This document shows, in pieces, positions 24,801-39,800 of a DNA stretch of 48,768 nucleotides. The notes beneath the pieces were generated by a model, which worked only from the letters and a program-made list of their open reading frames with translations, did no database searches and had not been told where the DNA came from. The stretch comes from Octopus bimaculoides (taxonomy: Eukaryota): the NCBI RefSeq assembly GCF_001194135.2, contig NC_068985.1, forward strand, positions 15,483,844-15,532,611, in the 5' to 3' direction. The first letter of the stretch is position 1. The number at the start of each line of letters is the position of its first letter. Position numbers and translations under genes: made by a program.

Positions 24801-27800
24801 TTTACACATGCCACCAGCACAAGTGCCATCACGATTTCGCAAACATTGTCCTTCATTTTTCTATCTTCTGTGAAAGCACATCTAAACACAGAGTAAAACT
24901 ACCTCACTTGAAAACAAGTGAGGACAGGCAACAGGAAGGGAATCTGGCTGGAGAAAAATCTGTCATGACAAAATTCCATCTGATATGTGCAAGCATGAAA
25001 AAGTGGACATTAAAAGAAAGATGATGAAGATGATCAGAATGAATGAATGAGTGAACAAATGAACATTGATGTGGTTATGCTTACCAATGTAGACCGTTCT
25101 TGAATAGTTGAAAGCAAAGGGTTGTCAGTTGTGTTAGATTTCTTTTTACCAGGAGCACGACTATAAATACCAGGTATAGAAGGGCCATCAGGTCGAGAAC
25201 CAAGAAATTCTTTCTGAATATGTGGTCCAATAGCATCATCAGAACCTAAAAATGTACCAAAATGAAAGCTGAATTATTTACCTTAAGAGTCTTTAAGAGA
25301 GAGAGAGAGAAAAAGAAAAAAAAAATTGCAACCATTTTATCATACAAACATGGCTGAGATGATTTTATTTCCAAATTTTGATATTTGTATACAATTAGAA
25401 CATACTGGTACACATGCTCTGCCAACAGGTAGAATAGACTGGTGCAAAAAGTGCCAGTAAGGCGACGCTGGTAACGATCACGCTCAAATGGTGCTATTTA
25501 TGTGCCACTGGCACGGAAGCCAGACAGCTGCTCTGGCAGTGATCCCACTCGGACGGTGCTGTTAGTGCTCCACTGGCATGGGTGCCAGTCATTGAATTTG
25601 GTTCAATTTTGATTTCACTTGCTCCAACAGGTCTTCGCAAGCAGAGTTTAGTGTCCAAGAAGGAAAGGTATGCATAAGTGGGCTGGCTACACCCCTGGTA
25701 AAGGCCACAGGTTATGGTCTCACTTGTCTTGCTGTGATCGTTACCACTGTTGCCTTACTGGCACTTGTGCTGGTGGCATGTGAAAAAACATTTGAGCGAG
25801 GTCGTTGCCAGTGCCGCTGGATTGGCTGAAGTGCAGGTGGCACGTAAAAAAAGACCATNNNNNNNNNNTTGAGCGTGGCTGTTGCCAGTACCGCCTGACT
25901 GGTCCTTGTGCTGGTGGCACATAAAAGCACTCACTACATTCTCAAAGTGGTTGGCGTTAGGAAGGGCATCCAGATCAGATTGGAGCCTGGTGCAGCCATC
26001 TGGTTCGCCAGTCCTCAGTCAAATCGTCCAACCCATGCTAGCATGGAAGGCGGACGTTAAACGATGATGATGATGATGATGATGAATAAATAGGGACTGC
26101 ATTTAACAATAAGAACAGCAGCAATAGTCGCCGTTGCCGCTGCTGTTTTCTAGGATTAAGAATAAGCTAAGGAACAGCAGCTCTTACCTGTGTCTCCACT
26201 TTCCATTGTTGTTGTTGTGGCAGTGGTTATAGTGCCACTATCACTCACAGAAAATGGTGGAAATCCTGAAGCTCCAGTGTAATACCAATCTTGAGACCCT
26301 GGAGGTCTGAAAGAAAGAGGAAAACTAATTTTAATTTGAAATATGTAAACATAAAAGTGAAAGCATGTCATAAAAGTTATCAGGTTGTATAACATTCATT
26401 AATACTTATATATACACACACATACATATATATCATAATCATCATCATCATTTAATGTCCACTTTACATGCTGGCATGGGTTGAACGGTTTGACAGGAGC
26501 TGGCTAGGCAGAAGACTGCACCAGACTTCTGTGTCTGTTTTGGCAGGGTTTTTACAGCTGGATGCCCTTCCTAACACCAATACCCAGCAGAATACATATG
26601 AGTTTAATGGTTTGATAGGATCAGATGGGCCTAAGGACTGCATCCTTCTCTAATATTTGCATTGCTTTCTATGGTTGGATACCCCTCCAAATGCTCTCCA
26701 CTCTACAGAATGTACTGGGTGCTTTTTTTTTCATGCCACAAGCAGTAGTGAAATTGCTATGCACCTTGTAAGACTAGTGGGACTGCAGTAGAGAGGGAGG
26801 TGGCTCTATGCTATGAGATGTGGGGTTAAAATATGAGAGAAGGGACCAGAACATAAAAGTTTCCTTGTAGAGGAGCTGCATGGTTACTCATATTATATGC
26901 ATACATTCATATATACATCATCATCATCCTCATTTTATATCTATTTTCCATGCTGGCATGGATTAGACAGTTTGATAAGAGCTAGTAAGGCTAGAGGCTG
27001 CACCAGACTCCATTGTCTGTTCTGGCATGGTTTCTATGGCTGGATGCCCTTCCTAACACCAATTACTTTACAGAGGATACTGGTTGGTTGCTTTGTATGT
27101 GGCACCAGCATTGACAGGGTCACCGAGTAACTTGCAAGACTAAAACCCCACTCACAAATACACAACAATAACAGATGCACCATCTCCTTTCTCTGTTTTT
27201 CACAGCTACAATAGTCTCTGCACACCCTTGCCACCTGAGGCCACTTGTCTTTCCTACTCTTGGTCACTCATACCGCCCAAACCTCACACTTACCTTTGTG
27301 TAATTCTTTCTCCTTACAGATGTCAATTTACACCTTTTTAGGGTGAACATAAATGAAACTGATCTCACTAGCCTGGACACAGCATTTCCTGGAAACTAAA
27401 CTATATATAAAAAAGATGCACCAGTAGTTCTGAACTCTTTTACTAGTAATAACCGTGAAGGCCCGTGGCTTAGTGGTTAGGGCATTCGGCTCACGATCGT
27501 AAAGTTGTGAGTTCGATTCTCGGTGATGCGTTGTGTCCTTGAGCAAGACACTTTATTTGACATTGCTCCTGTCCACTCAGCTGGCAAAAATGAGTAGTAC
27601 CTGTATTTCAAAGGGCCGGCCTTGTCATGCTGAATATCCCTGAGAACTACGTTAAAGGTACACGTGTCTGTGGATTGCTCAGTCACTTGCACGTTAATTT
27701 CCTGAGTAAGCTGTTTCATTGATCGTATCAGCTGGGACCCTCATCGTCGTAACCGATGGAGTGCTCTTATATATACTAGTAATAACCTCCCGTTTGTTGC

Positions 27801-30800
27801 GTCAATTTTTAACCATGATTTACTCATGCTCACACTTTCTTCCTCTCTCTATTTTATGTAATTCTTGTTTCTGGTGGATAAACACACACACACACAAGCA
27901 CATGCAGGGAAAGACATGCATGACTTGTTGCCTATAAAGCAGACTGAGTAGAAACTTACTTGTAAGGCCTCAAGGTCCAAGTCTTCTGTGATAAGGTACT
28001 ACTATCTGACCCAGATGGTGATGGGTTCAGCTTGCTCTGGGAACTGGTTTCTCTTGGGTCGCAGCTGCTGCTATGATACATATCTGGTGACTCCTGATTG
28101 TTCTTGGCTTCTTCAGAATCTGTTAAGTTATCTAAAAGAACAGCATCCGCTGTTTGAAAGAAAACAAAAAAACAAAATAAATTTACTTTTGAAAAATAAT
28201 GGGGGCAAAGTGTGATGGTTATGAAGTTAAGTTATTAGATTATTAATTACCATATTTTAATACTCTTTTACTCTTTTGCTTGTTTCAGTCATTTGACTGT
28301 GGCCATGCTGGAGCACTGCCTTTAGTCGAGCAAATCAACCCCAGTACTTATTTTTTGTAAGCCTAGTACTTATTCTATCGGTCTCTTTTGCTGAACCGCT
28401 AAGTTACAGGATGTAAACACACCACCATCGGTTGTCAAGCGATGTTGGGGGGACAAACACAGACACACAAACATATACACACACATACATATATACGATG
28501 GGCTTCTTTCAGTTTCTGTCTACCAAATCCACTCACAAAGCTTTGGTCGGCCCGAGACTATAGTAGAAGACACTTGCCCAAGGTGCCACACAGTGGGAAT
28601 GAACCCGGAACCATGTGGTTGGTAAGCAAGCTACTTACCACACAGCCACTCTTGCACCTAATGTGTATAAGGAACCCATTTTTGTCAAAAATTAGGTTAA
28701 AAAAATATGGGAGTTTCTTAAACAAGGATAGTATTATAATCCCTTACAAACCTTTTTTCCAAATTTTAAACCCCAGAGTTAGGGGGTTCCTTATATCTGT
28801 TAAAATACAGTATATTTTCAAGAGAAGAAATCTTACTGCTGCCTTGTACTGAGTACAGAACTCTCTTTAACTTAATCTCATCATCATCATCATTTAACGT
28901 CTGCTTTCCATGCTGGCATGGGTGGGATGGTTTGACAGGAACTGGCCAGGCAGAAGCTTGCACTAGACTTCTGTAACTATTTTGGCAGGATTTTTACAGC
29001 TAGATGACCTTCCTAACACCAGCCACCCAGCAGAGTGGTGCTTCTTCTAGTTTCCATCTGTCAAATCCACTCACAAGGTTTTGGTTGGCCCGAGGCTCTA
29101 GAAAAAGATGCTTCCTCAAAACGCCATGCAGTTGGACTGAACCCAGGACCATGTGGTTGGGAAGCAAACTTCTTATTTCTTTATTGCCCACAAGGGGCTA
29201 AACATAGAGGGGACAAACAAGGACAGACAAAGGGATTAAGTTGATAATATCGACCCCAGTGCGTAACTTGAACTTAATTTATCGACCCCGAAAGGATGAA
29301 AGATAAAGTCGATCTCGGCAGAATTTGAACTCAGAACGTAATGGCAGGCGAAATACCGCTAAGCATTTGAAAGCGGTGTGCTAACGTTTCTGCCAGCTCG
29401 CCGCCTTCAAACTTCTTACACATAGCCATGGATGTGACTTACTTTCTATACTTTCACCTGTTTTCAAACTGGCACTTATATGTGTCCANNNNNNNNNNNN
29501 NNNNNNNNNNNNNNNNNNNNNNNNNNNNNNNNNNNNNNNNNNNNNNNNNNNNNNNNNNNNNNNNNNNNNNNNNNNNNNNNNNNNNNNNNNNNNNNNNNNN
29601 NNNNNNNNNNNNNNNNNNNNNNNNNNNNNNNNNNNNNNNNNNNNNNNNNNNNNNNNNNNNNNNNNNNNNNNNNNNNNNNNNNNNNNNNNNNNNNNNNNNN
29701 NNNNNNNNNNNNNNNNNNNNNNNNNNNNNNNNNNNNNNNNNNNNNNNNNNNNNNNNNNNNNNNNNNNNNNNNNNNNNNNNNNNNNNNNNNNNNNNNNNNN
29801 NNNNNNNNNNNNNNNNNNNNNNNNNNNNNNNNNNNNNNNNNNNNNNNNNNNNNNNNNNNNNNNNNNNNNNNNNNNNNNNNNNNNNNNNNNNNNNNNNNNN
29901 NNNNNNNNNNNNNNNNNNNNNNNNNNNNNNNNNNNNNNNNNNNNNNNNNNNNNNNNNNNNNNNNNNNNNNNNNNNNNNNNNNNNNNNNNNNNNNNNNNNN
30001 NNNNNNNNNNNNNNNNNNNNNNNNNNNNNNNNNNNNTGGAAAGAAAACCAAAGCAAATGTAATGTAATCATTTATCTTAACCCATTACCTCCCATAATTC
30101 CATTAACTGGAATTTTTTTTTATGAAACTTTGATTTCTAGCATAAAACAGCCTTAGAAACACGCTGGAATGATCAAAATAACATTTCTAAATAACATTTT
30201 ATATAGAAATAAGCGAGATGTTGGGTGAAAAATTAGCAAACCTCATTTGAATATCAGAAAAATATACCTAATATATATAGCAAAAAGGTTAGATATGTGT
30301 AAATATTGACAGATAATTATGAAATTTGTAATTTTTAAGTGATCTCATATGAGATCACTGGTAGGTAATGGGTTAATGATGGGTTAAAGTCAAGCAGAAT
30401 AAAAGTCTGAGAAACAAACTGAAAAATTGTTTATATTGCCTATCAATTGATTTTTATGATTTTTCACATTAACATGTGTCAGACAGATCTACTTCAGCCA
30501 GTATCTTCAAACATGCAACAATCCTTCATCATATCTTTTTTTTTTTTTGAGTTCAACATCCAGAGATCACTCCTCACTACTTCTTCCCACAGGCTCTTAA
30601 CAATACAGCCATGCCTGTGCGTATTTTGGCTTGAGATAATCATAGTACAGCATTAAACAAAAAGATTTTATACGTACAAGAGAATATGATAAATTCATCA
30701 TCACCATTATTATTCAAAGTTCACTTTCCCATGTTCGTGTGAATTGGACAGGTTTTGTGAAGTAGCATTCTATGGTAAAGACTCCCTTCTATCACAAACC

Positions 30801-33800
30801 TTTTTAGTTACATTTCACATCATGTAAAGAGACTAGAAATTGCATTCATTACTGGCCTCAACCCCAGCCACTCTATAGATTAGTTTTAATTTCAGAAATA
30901 CAGATTAAATGGAACATTATTTTCACAAATTTAACATATTTGTCTGTTATTGTTGTAATTTGTTGGCTTTCCAACCAATTTTTATCAACCAGGCCGACTG
31001 GAGCAAGCATATGGGAAAGCCATGAAGATCTCTGATAGGTGGCTGTAGCTATAGTTTCATGCCATGAAGTAGATGAGAGAGATATCCACCTCCATTTGAT
31101 TATGTGCCAGTCTATAGCAGGAAATATACCCACATGTTTTTATAACTATTTCAGGCAACTAAGTGAAATGAGGCATAGCAATTATCTGCAGTAGATATGG
31201 ATTCACAAACTAAGCATTGGTAGTCCAGTCTCCATGTTCTATCATTTCAACTTTATATTTTGCTAAGTGGTATAACATAAGGGCCTTAATTTTAAGCATT
31301 AAACAATTGACCATGTATTCATATTTCATATCATACTGTATTTCCCATTCTTGACAGATGCAAGCTTATTTGTGAAATCAAATGAGCAATACACATTATT
31401 ATCATCATTTAACGTCCACTTTCCATGCTAGCATGGGTTGGACGATTTGACTAAGGACTGGTGAGCCAGATGGCTACACCAGGCTCCAATCTGATCTAGC
31501 AGAGTTTCTACAGCTGGATGCCCTTCCTAACGCCAACCACTCCAAGAGTGTAGTGGGTGCTTTTACGTTCCACCGGCACGAAGGCCAGTCAGGCGGTACT
31601 GACAACGGCCATGCTAAAAATGGTGTATTTTACGTGCCACCTGCACGCGAATGACAAATCTATTTGTTTAGAGATATCTTTCCAAAGAAAAACAAGATAC
31701 ACACACATTTATGTCTTACCTTGAGTTTATACACAGGCCATCACCTGAGGATGCAGGTATTGAATTATGTGCAGAAATTATATGCGAAAAGTTAGTACTG
31801 TTGCTGCCAACATTACTTTCCATGGGTAATTCATATTTAGAAAGTAAAGAATGAATTTGTGAATCTTCTCTGCTTTTGTAAAATTCAAATAAATCTCTGT
31901 TAGTATTAAGTGAGGCTGGCAAAGAGTGTGGATATTGATTTTTCGGTGAGACACCAACAGAAATTTGTTCACTTGTCGTACCAATTCTAGTAGGCAATGA
32001 GCATGTTAACTGACTATGCTTCACATTTCTCTCGTAATCTTGTTCAAGATCGGCTGATAATCTATGCAAATCCCTTTTCAATGAGTCACTGTCAGATGAA
32101 CTACTTAGCATTTCAGAAGAGTTTCTTGGTTTAGTTCTGTAGGTATTTCTCTTCTGTGCCAATGATGATACTTTTTGTTTCTGAAATTCTTCTAAAGAGT
32201 GAGACCTATTGATTGAATTACGTGGTCTAACAGAAGGATCAGCGTTTAGAGATTGATTTAGAAAGGATGACTTTTGGAAACTTTCAGATCTATGTAATAC
32301 GGGGCTTTGGTATTTATCCAGTATCTTATTAGTTATATTTCCAGAGGAATTATCATTTGAATTTAATTCAGTATGTTGGAGCATTGTGGGAGAAGCTTTA
32401 GGTTTTAAGAATTCATAATCAACACAATCTTCAGAAGTGGCTGAGTGATTTGGCACAGTTTCCTTAAATGTCGACAAATATGCTGGTTTGTTTGGCAGAT
32501 TACTTTTTGAATTGGAAGGGCTATAGTTCTTAGAATTATTTTCCTGGCTTCTTGGGAATGGTTCAGGGTTTGACATATCAAAGTTATTAAAAGTCTGAGA
32601 TAAAGATGACTTTGAGAAAAACAACGTTGAATGTTTGGCATTAGTGTCTTGGCAGCGTTCTTTTGCAGGAGAATCAAAATCTGTCATGTTTGACCAATCA
32701 AGACATTTACGAACATCATCTTCAGGGAACTTAGTACTGTTTAAACTGTCACAAGTTGGATTCTGGAAAACCTCGTTTGTTTCAGAATTAGGGGAGTTTA
32801 ACTGATTTCTAATAATATCTTCAGGTCTCTTCAAATCACCTGTAGTATATAATGAGTCTTTACAAGACAAATCAACTGGTTTTGAATTATTATTCTTGCC
32901 ATTAACACCTGTAAAGTCATTGTTTGATTTTGAATGAAGGCCAGAAGTAACTAACTGAGAAACATTTGATATTTTAGATGCTAGGCTTGTTGCAACATAA
33001 TTATCAGGGGCTTTTAAACCTTGAATAAGCGGTTGATTAAAATTCGGTTTCTGCAAGGATTCATTCAAAGAATTTATCTTCATTGATTCTTTAGAAACAT
33101 TCTGAACTTTATTTTCAGAATTTGATTTCAGTAATGGATCAAAATAATCAAAATCCTCTGGAGGTTCTATTGAGGCTGTCTGATTTATTAATGGTCCATT
33201 ATCAACTTTTTTATCTAACTTTGGCATTATTGTAGAAGACTTATCCTCCATTAATCTAGGTTCAGTTTCGGTCTCAGATGAAGAATTTAGTTCAAAACTG
33301 GCCTTTGGGAAAAAACCCTCTTTGGGACGAACATTCTGCAAACAACTCATCTTGGGGATATCATAAGAAGATTCTTTAGATAATAAACGCTCTACACGTA
33401 AACTGAGATCATCTTTTAATTCCAAGCTATCATTTGCTGGTGGCTGATTATAAGGACTTTGGCTTGAAGAACTATTTGGAACACTGCTGGACTGTGAAGA
33501 AGAAAATGATGTTGAATAGGATTTGTTCTGTAACTTTTGGTTATCATTCTTGGAAGACCCTGAACATTTAAAAAACTCCTTAAAAGACATAACATTTTTC
33601 AGAGAAGTATCTTCATTTTGCCAAGAAAGATGAAGGCTTTCAAAGGTTTTCTTCTCCTCCTTAGTGTTAGCCAGAGGCAAAGGAAGACTAAGTGAAGTGT
33701 TTTTCTCACTTGGAGATAAATTCTTAAAATCAAATTTGGACAAATCTGAATTTGGCATCAATCCTGAAGAACCTTGGTTGTCTTCAATTGGAAGTCTTGG

Positions 33801-36800
33801 TTCATTAAAATCAATCAAATCATTATCTTCAGTGGACAAATTTTTCAATGGGCTCCAATTATCACTGATTCCCAACTGCTTTTTTTCTATGCTCAGGTTC
33901 TCATTGAGATCATGCTGAAGATCTATAAGATCTTGCTTCAGTTGACTGAAACTTGTGTCTTGACTTTTTGCAGAGGCACCATCAGTTATTGCTGAGTTTT
34001 TGTTGGAATTTATGGATGTGTTAGCATAAAGCAAAGAGGATGTATGTTTGTGATGAGATGACTGGTGCAGGACATCTGACTTGAAATGAGCTGAGGCTGA
34101 AGTTTTACATTCAAGATAAGCTGTACGACAGAGTAGATTATTTACTTGCCTTCCAAGTGAATCTGAATCTTGAGATCCATCATAATCAAACAGCCTACTT
34201 GAGTTGCTATCATACTGTGTAGTATAATCTTTACTTGATGACGATGACAAAGTAATATTTGGGAAATTCTCAGACATAGCAGCAGATGTAGAAACCAACC
34301 TCTTCTGTTTGTAATTAGTTTTGTTGGGCAAAACTTCAGAAGTTTTCTCTTGTTGAGCTGAGTTACTTGAATGGCTTCTTGATGCCAGATTAGTTTCAAG
34401 GAAAGAATTAGATAAATCTACAGAAGTGACATTTTCATTTTGTTTACAACATTCCTTTTTAGAGGGGCTTATTTTGCCTTGCTTATGTGTATAAGAAGAA
34501 TTCATATTTTGAAAACTAGTAGGGTTTGTTTGCGGTGGAGTGACAATTCCTTCTGAGCTGGGCATTGTTCCTCGGCCTGACTCAGTCAAAATGTTAGATA
34601 ATCTGGAGTCATTTTTCTCTCTGGAAACAGCATGTGTTTGTTTAGAAGTATCAGCATTGACAACGGAATGTGGAGAATATGAAAATTGTGTCTGATTAGA
34701 ATCATCTGAAATATCTTTAGAGTATGATTCCACAAGTTTTGAAGCCATTCGTATAAGCTCATCAGTGTCATCTTCTTCTGTGTCTACATTTCCAGAGCTA
34801 TCTTTTGGCTGTAAAAGAGAAGCCGATGAAGATTTTGGCTGCCTTAGACAACTGGTAGAACTTAAAATGGAAGATTCTCCAGACAAAATATTTCCATCAA
34901 AATTTGAAGGATTCTGCTGAGTTAAACTGGCTGGAATTTTGATAGAAGAACTCTCTGAACCATAAATGAATCGCTCAGACGTATCATTCAAACCTCTTTC
35001 AAGTGGTTCACTATTTTGTAGAAACCTTTTAGTTACGCAGTCCTCTTTTTCTAATTCATTAGAGGATCTAGACTTCAAGATTTGCTTATTTAAGTCAATA
35101 GATGCTTTTATTTGATCCACCTGGTTTGATATTGCTGCAAAGCTTTTCGTTAAACCTCTGATATCATCAAAACTGGCATGATTGTTAACATTCAAGCTGT
35201 CTAAAGACTGGGGAATGATGTTTGATTTATCTACAGATTTTGAAATATCATCTGTGCTACCCTGAATATCTGGATTTGGTCTTGTAAAACCTTTAGCTTC
35301 AATAAGCTCATGTTCTGTACTGGTTCTATACCTATTAGTATTAGTACTGTACAGTAAATTATCAGCATTTAGTAATTGTGCACTATTTACTTCCTCTGAA
35401 ATATTTTCTGGTTGGTCTGATTCTAAATCAGATATCTTATTCTTTGTTCTGTAAATATATTTGGATTTCTTAATCCTGCCACTCTTAGCTTCTCGTTCTA
35501 GAAATTCAGAATCGGCTCCAGTTGGAAGTAATCGTTCTTGTTCTGCAATAGGCAAGGAATAATCAAAATCTTTTTTTAATGTTTGGTTGTTTGTTGGTTC
35601 CTCATCACTGTCACTAAAAGACAGGTGAACTGCTCCTGGATTCAAGCTTTGTCCGTTGGACTCAGATCCAACTGGTGCAGAATTCTCTCTTATACATGGA
35701 TCAAATACACTTCTGTGAGTCATTGAAACTTTATTACTTGCTGAAAAGTCTGTGACGTTACTACTCTGGCCTTCAAGTAACAAGAAACGATCTCTACTTT
35801 CACTGTAATTCTCAAGTGCAAAAAGGCTTCCTGCATTTTCTTGAGCATCACCCAAATCTTCATCAATTTTCTCATTATCTTTGGCAGTATTAGATGTCAA
35901 TGGTAACAACTTTAAACGCTCATTAACAGACATATAATCTGTTACTGAAGACAAATTGCTAGCAAATCCTGTGGCATTAGTTGAACTATTAACACTACTT
36001 GTTGCATCAGTAGCATTGGTGGGAATCTCATTGTTGCCATCAAGATGGTCATCCTTAATCTGGTACTGGATCTTTTGGTCTGTCGAAGAATCAATTATAA
36101 TTGGGTCTAACGAGCTGGTGATGTTGTCTTTCATTTTATGACTGACTGCTGTCTGATTTGTTACTTCGTTAACTTTTGTAGTTGATATTGGGGCAGATAA
36201 AGATCGGTGTGACTTTGAAAGGTCTTGTCCCACAGGTTCTGTTCGAACTAACAAGACTGGATCAAAGAGCGATGGGAGAGAATTCCTGTGATTAGGTGAC
36301 AGGTTCAACAAATCAGTTTTGTCACCTTGTAAATTTGAAAGTTTCATTTCAAAAGAGGAAACCTGCATTTGCATTGACTTGGTACTAGGATACGGAAATT
36401 GTAAAGATTTTGGTTCTTTGGTAAGAGGGTTTGAGCCACTGCCTTGCAGACGTACATCATTTGCAGTGGCTCCAAGTACATTATTGGAACAATTATTGTT
36501 GCTTTGCTCATTAAGATGCTTATTGAATTTTGGTGGTCTGGACGTGTCAAGTGTCAAAGAATTACTTGTTTCAGTTGGTTTCTGCAAAATAGAGTTTGCA
36601 TTTGATTTTAATGTATTAATTGTTGATTCGTCAGTAGATTCTATTGTGTATTGGGTTAGATTTCCAGTTTTCTAGAAAAAAAAAAAAAAAGAGAAAGGTA
36701 TAAAAAGAATTAAATATTGGCTCAATATCCAATAAGTTGTAGGAAAAAAAACCCAAACCCCAGAAGACAGTAACCTCTGAATGGCTCTCATGCCAGTGGC

Positions 36801-39800
36801 ATGTAAAAAGCACTAACCGATTGTAGCCATTGCCAGTATCTCGACTGGACCCAGAGTCGGTGGCACGTAAAGAGCACTATCCAAACGTGATCGATGCCAG
36901 GCCCACCTGACTGGCTCCTGTGCAGGTGACACATAAAAAGCACCCACTACACTCTCGGAGTGGTTGGTGTTAGGAAGGGCATCCAGCAGTAGAAACATTG
37001 CCAGATCAGCTTGGAGCCTGGTGCAGCCCCTGGCTCTCCAGACCTCAGTCAAACCGTCCAACCCATACCAGCATGGAAAACGGATGTTAAATGATGGTGA
37101 TGATGATGATGAATGAAAGCTTCATCACTCCATTTGGTGAATGTCTATTCTGATCATTAATTTTATGCCCGTTTACAGACGAAATATTGATCTTTGTTTA
37201 GTAGACAATATTTATATAACTAAATATAATGTCAATAACAGCAGACAATAAATTAAATCTAATTAAAGACAAATACAAGAAAAATCTGTTGTAAATAATA
37301 GTGCTAGACTATGGCGATGTGGGTATTGCTGGAAAGCAGGCCACATAGTTTTGAGTTGGATTCAAATCTCATTTCACTGGGACCTGCTTGCTTGGCTTAA
37401 ACCCTTTTAACACCAATCTCCTGTTTGTGATCAGCCATATAAAGTGTTCATATTTGGATTAAAATTCCTATCAAAATCCTGTTTCTACATGAATGGTAAC
37501 ATATAATTCCAATTGGACAATGTCAGCATAGAGAAAGCAAAGGAACCTCTACACAGTTGCACAAACAGCTTGAAACAGTGACCAAAATCTCCCTCCAAAC
37601 ACCAAACAGCACTGTCATCATCACCCTTGTTTTACTATCCATTTTTCCATGCTTGCATGGGTCAGACAGAATTCATTGAGTTAAATTTTCTATGGCTGGA
37701 TGATCTTCCTGTCACCAATCCTCAACTGTTCTCAAGCAAGATAATATTTCTCTATGGTCAGACAGGCGGCACTGGCAATGATCACACTTGAATGGTGCTT
37801 TCTATGTGCTACCAGCACAGGTGCCAATCAGGCGGCACTGTCATTGGCCACAACAATGATTCCACTTGACTCAACAGGTCTTTGCAAGTACAGTTTATTG
37901 CCCAATGATTGAAGGGTACTCTTAAACAGGCCGGTTATGCTGCACTGGCATAAGCCACGGTTACGGTCTCACTTGGGTTGATACAGGGTTATTCAAAAAG
38001 AATGACCCGATTTCACTATGCAACACTTAACATATATGACAGGTTTCCTTCAGTTTCCATTTCCCAAATCCACTCCCAAGGCTTTCAATGGCCTGAGGCT
38101 ATTGTAAAAACACTTGCTGAGGGAGCCACACAGCCGTGCTGCGGGACTGAACCTGAAACCATATGGTTGGGAAACCAACTTCTTAATCACACAGCTAAGC
38201 ATGAGTATCAACGGAATGATATGAACCAAAACTTCTTACCTCAAATGTCTGAACTGGTTCAGGGTTTGTAGATTTAATTGGCGAGAGAATCTGGCCGTAA
38301 CTGTTAAATAATACTCTTGAGAGCTGAGGCAGTTCTTTCGGCTTTTGTGTACTGCCGATATATGTTGATGTTGCCAGATTGGTGGTGCCTTGAGAGGCAT
38401 TGCTATTCTCATTCCATTCTGAAGATTCCTCTAAGAGCGTGAACCAAGTCTGAAAAAAAAAAAAACACTCTTTGTAGTACATTTATAAGCATTCTTTAAA
38501 TTACAATGTTTTCCTTTTATTATTTGTACAATGTCATTAAGTGGAGGCGCAATGGCCCAGTGGTTAGGGCAGCGGACTCGCGGTCATAGGATCGTGGTTT
38601 CGATTCCCAGACCAGGCGTTGTGAGTGTTTATTGAGCGAAAACACCTAAAGTTCCATGAGGCTCCGGCAGGGGATGGTGGCAAACCCTGCTGTACTCTTC
38701 CACCACAACTTTCTCTCACTCTTACTTTCTGTTTCTGTTGTGCCTGTAATTCAAAGGGTCAGCCTTGTCACACTCTGTGTCATGCTGAATATCCCCGAGA
38801 ACTACGTTAAGGGTACACATGTCTGTGGAGTGCTCAGCCATTTGCACGTTAATTTCATGAGCAGGCTGTTCCGTTGATCGGATCAACTGGAACCCTCGAC
38901 GTTGTAAGCGACGGAGTGCCAACAACAATGTCATTAGGGAAGTCAGTTCTCCAAATTGTACAAAGGATGCAAATATGGGAAGTTTGAATATGGTTATTTA
39001 ACATGCTAGAAATAGCAACCAAATCTCCTTCAAATCACACCCTGCCATCAGCGTAGTTAAAGATATTCTTTCCATTTACAGGTTTCAATTACTGGACAGT
39101 GATCATGCAGGTACAGACCCCGCCAAAGGATTTTAGTCAATTATATTGCAGGTATGGCTGTGTAGTGAAGAAGCTCACTTCCCAAACATTTGGTCTTGGG
39201 TTCAGTCCCACTGCTTGGCACCTTGGATAAGTGTCTTCTACTATAACCCCATTTGACCAAGCCTTGAATGAATTTGGTAGATGGAAACTGAAAGAGGACT
39301 GTCATATATATATATATATGTGGGGGGGGGGGCATGTGTATATATTTGTCTTGGTATTATGTGATGATTGTAAATGAACATCACCATCATACAAGCAGTG
39401 TTTGTTTTCAGACTTCTATGAAAACATGTCTGGTCATGGGGAAATATTACCTTACTTGGAAACAGGTGAGGGTTGGTGAGAGGAAGGTATAGTGTATTTA
39501 GGGCCACAGTACTTAGCATACCCATTCTTTTTTCTTAAGTTATGTTGATAAGAAGTGATTTGAAAGATTTGACTGCTAATTTTAGCAGTAATTGACTGTG
39601 TAGAGCAGGGGTTTTCAACCATTTTTTATCCATGGACGGAGAGGGGGGAAGAAGTTGTGTGCTGGTTTACTTCAAGGGGAGCACAAAAGTCAATTTTTAC
39701 AACTGGTGCCATGTAAAAGGCACCCAGTACACTCTGTAAAGTGGTTGGTGTCAGGAAGGGCATCCAGTTATAGAAACCTTTCTAAAACAGATACTGGAAC

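Noticed and set aside
38541-38610. tRNA gene
   Set aside because: tRNA-like head of a SINE with TSDs; no complete acceptor stem.
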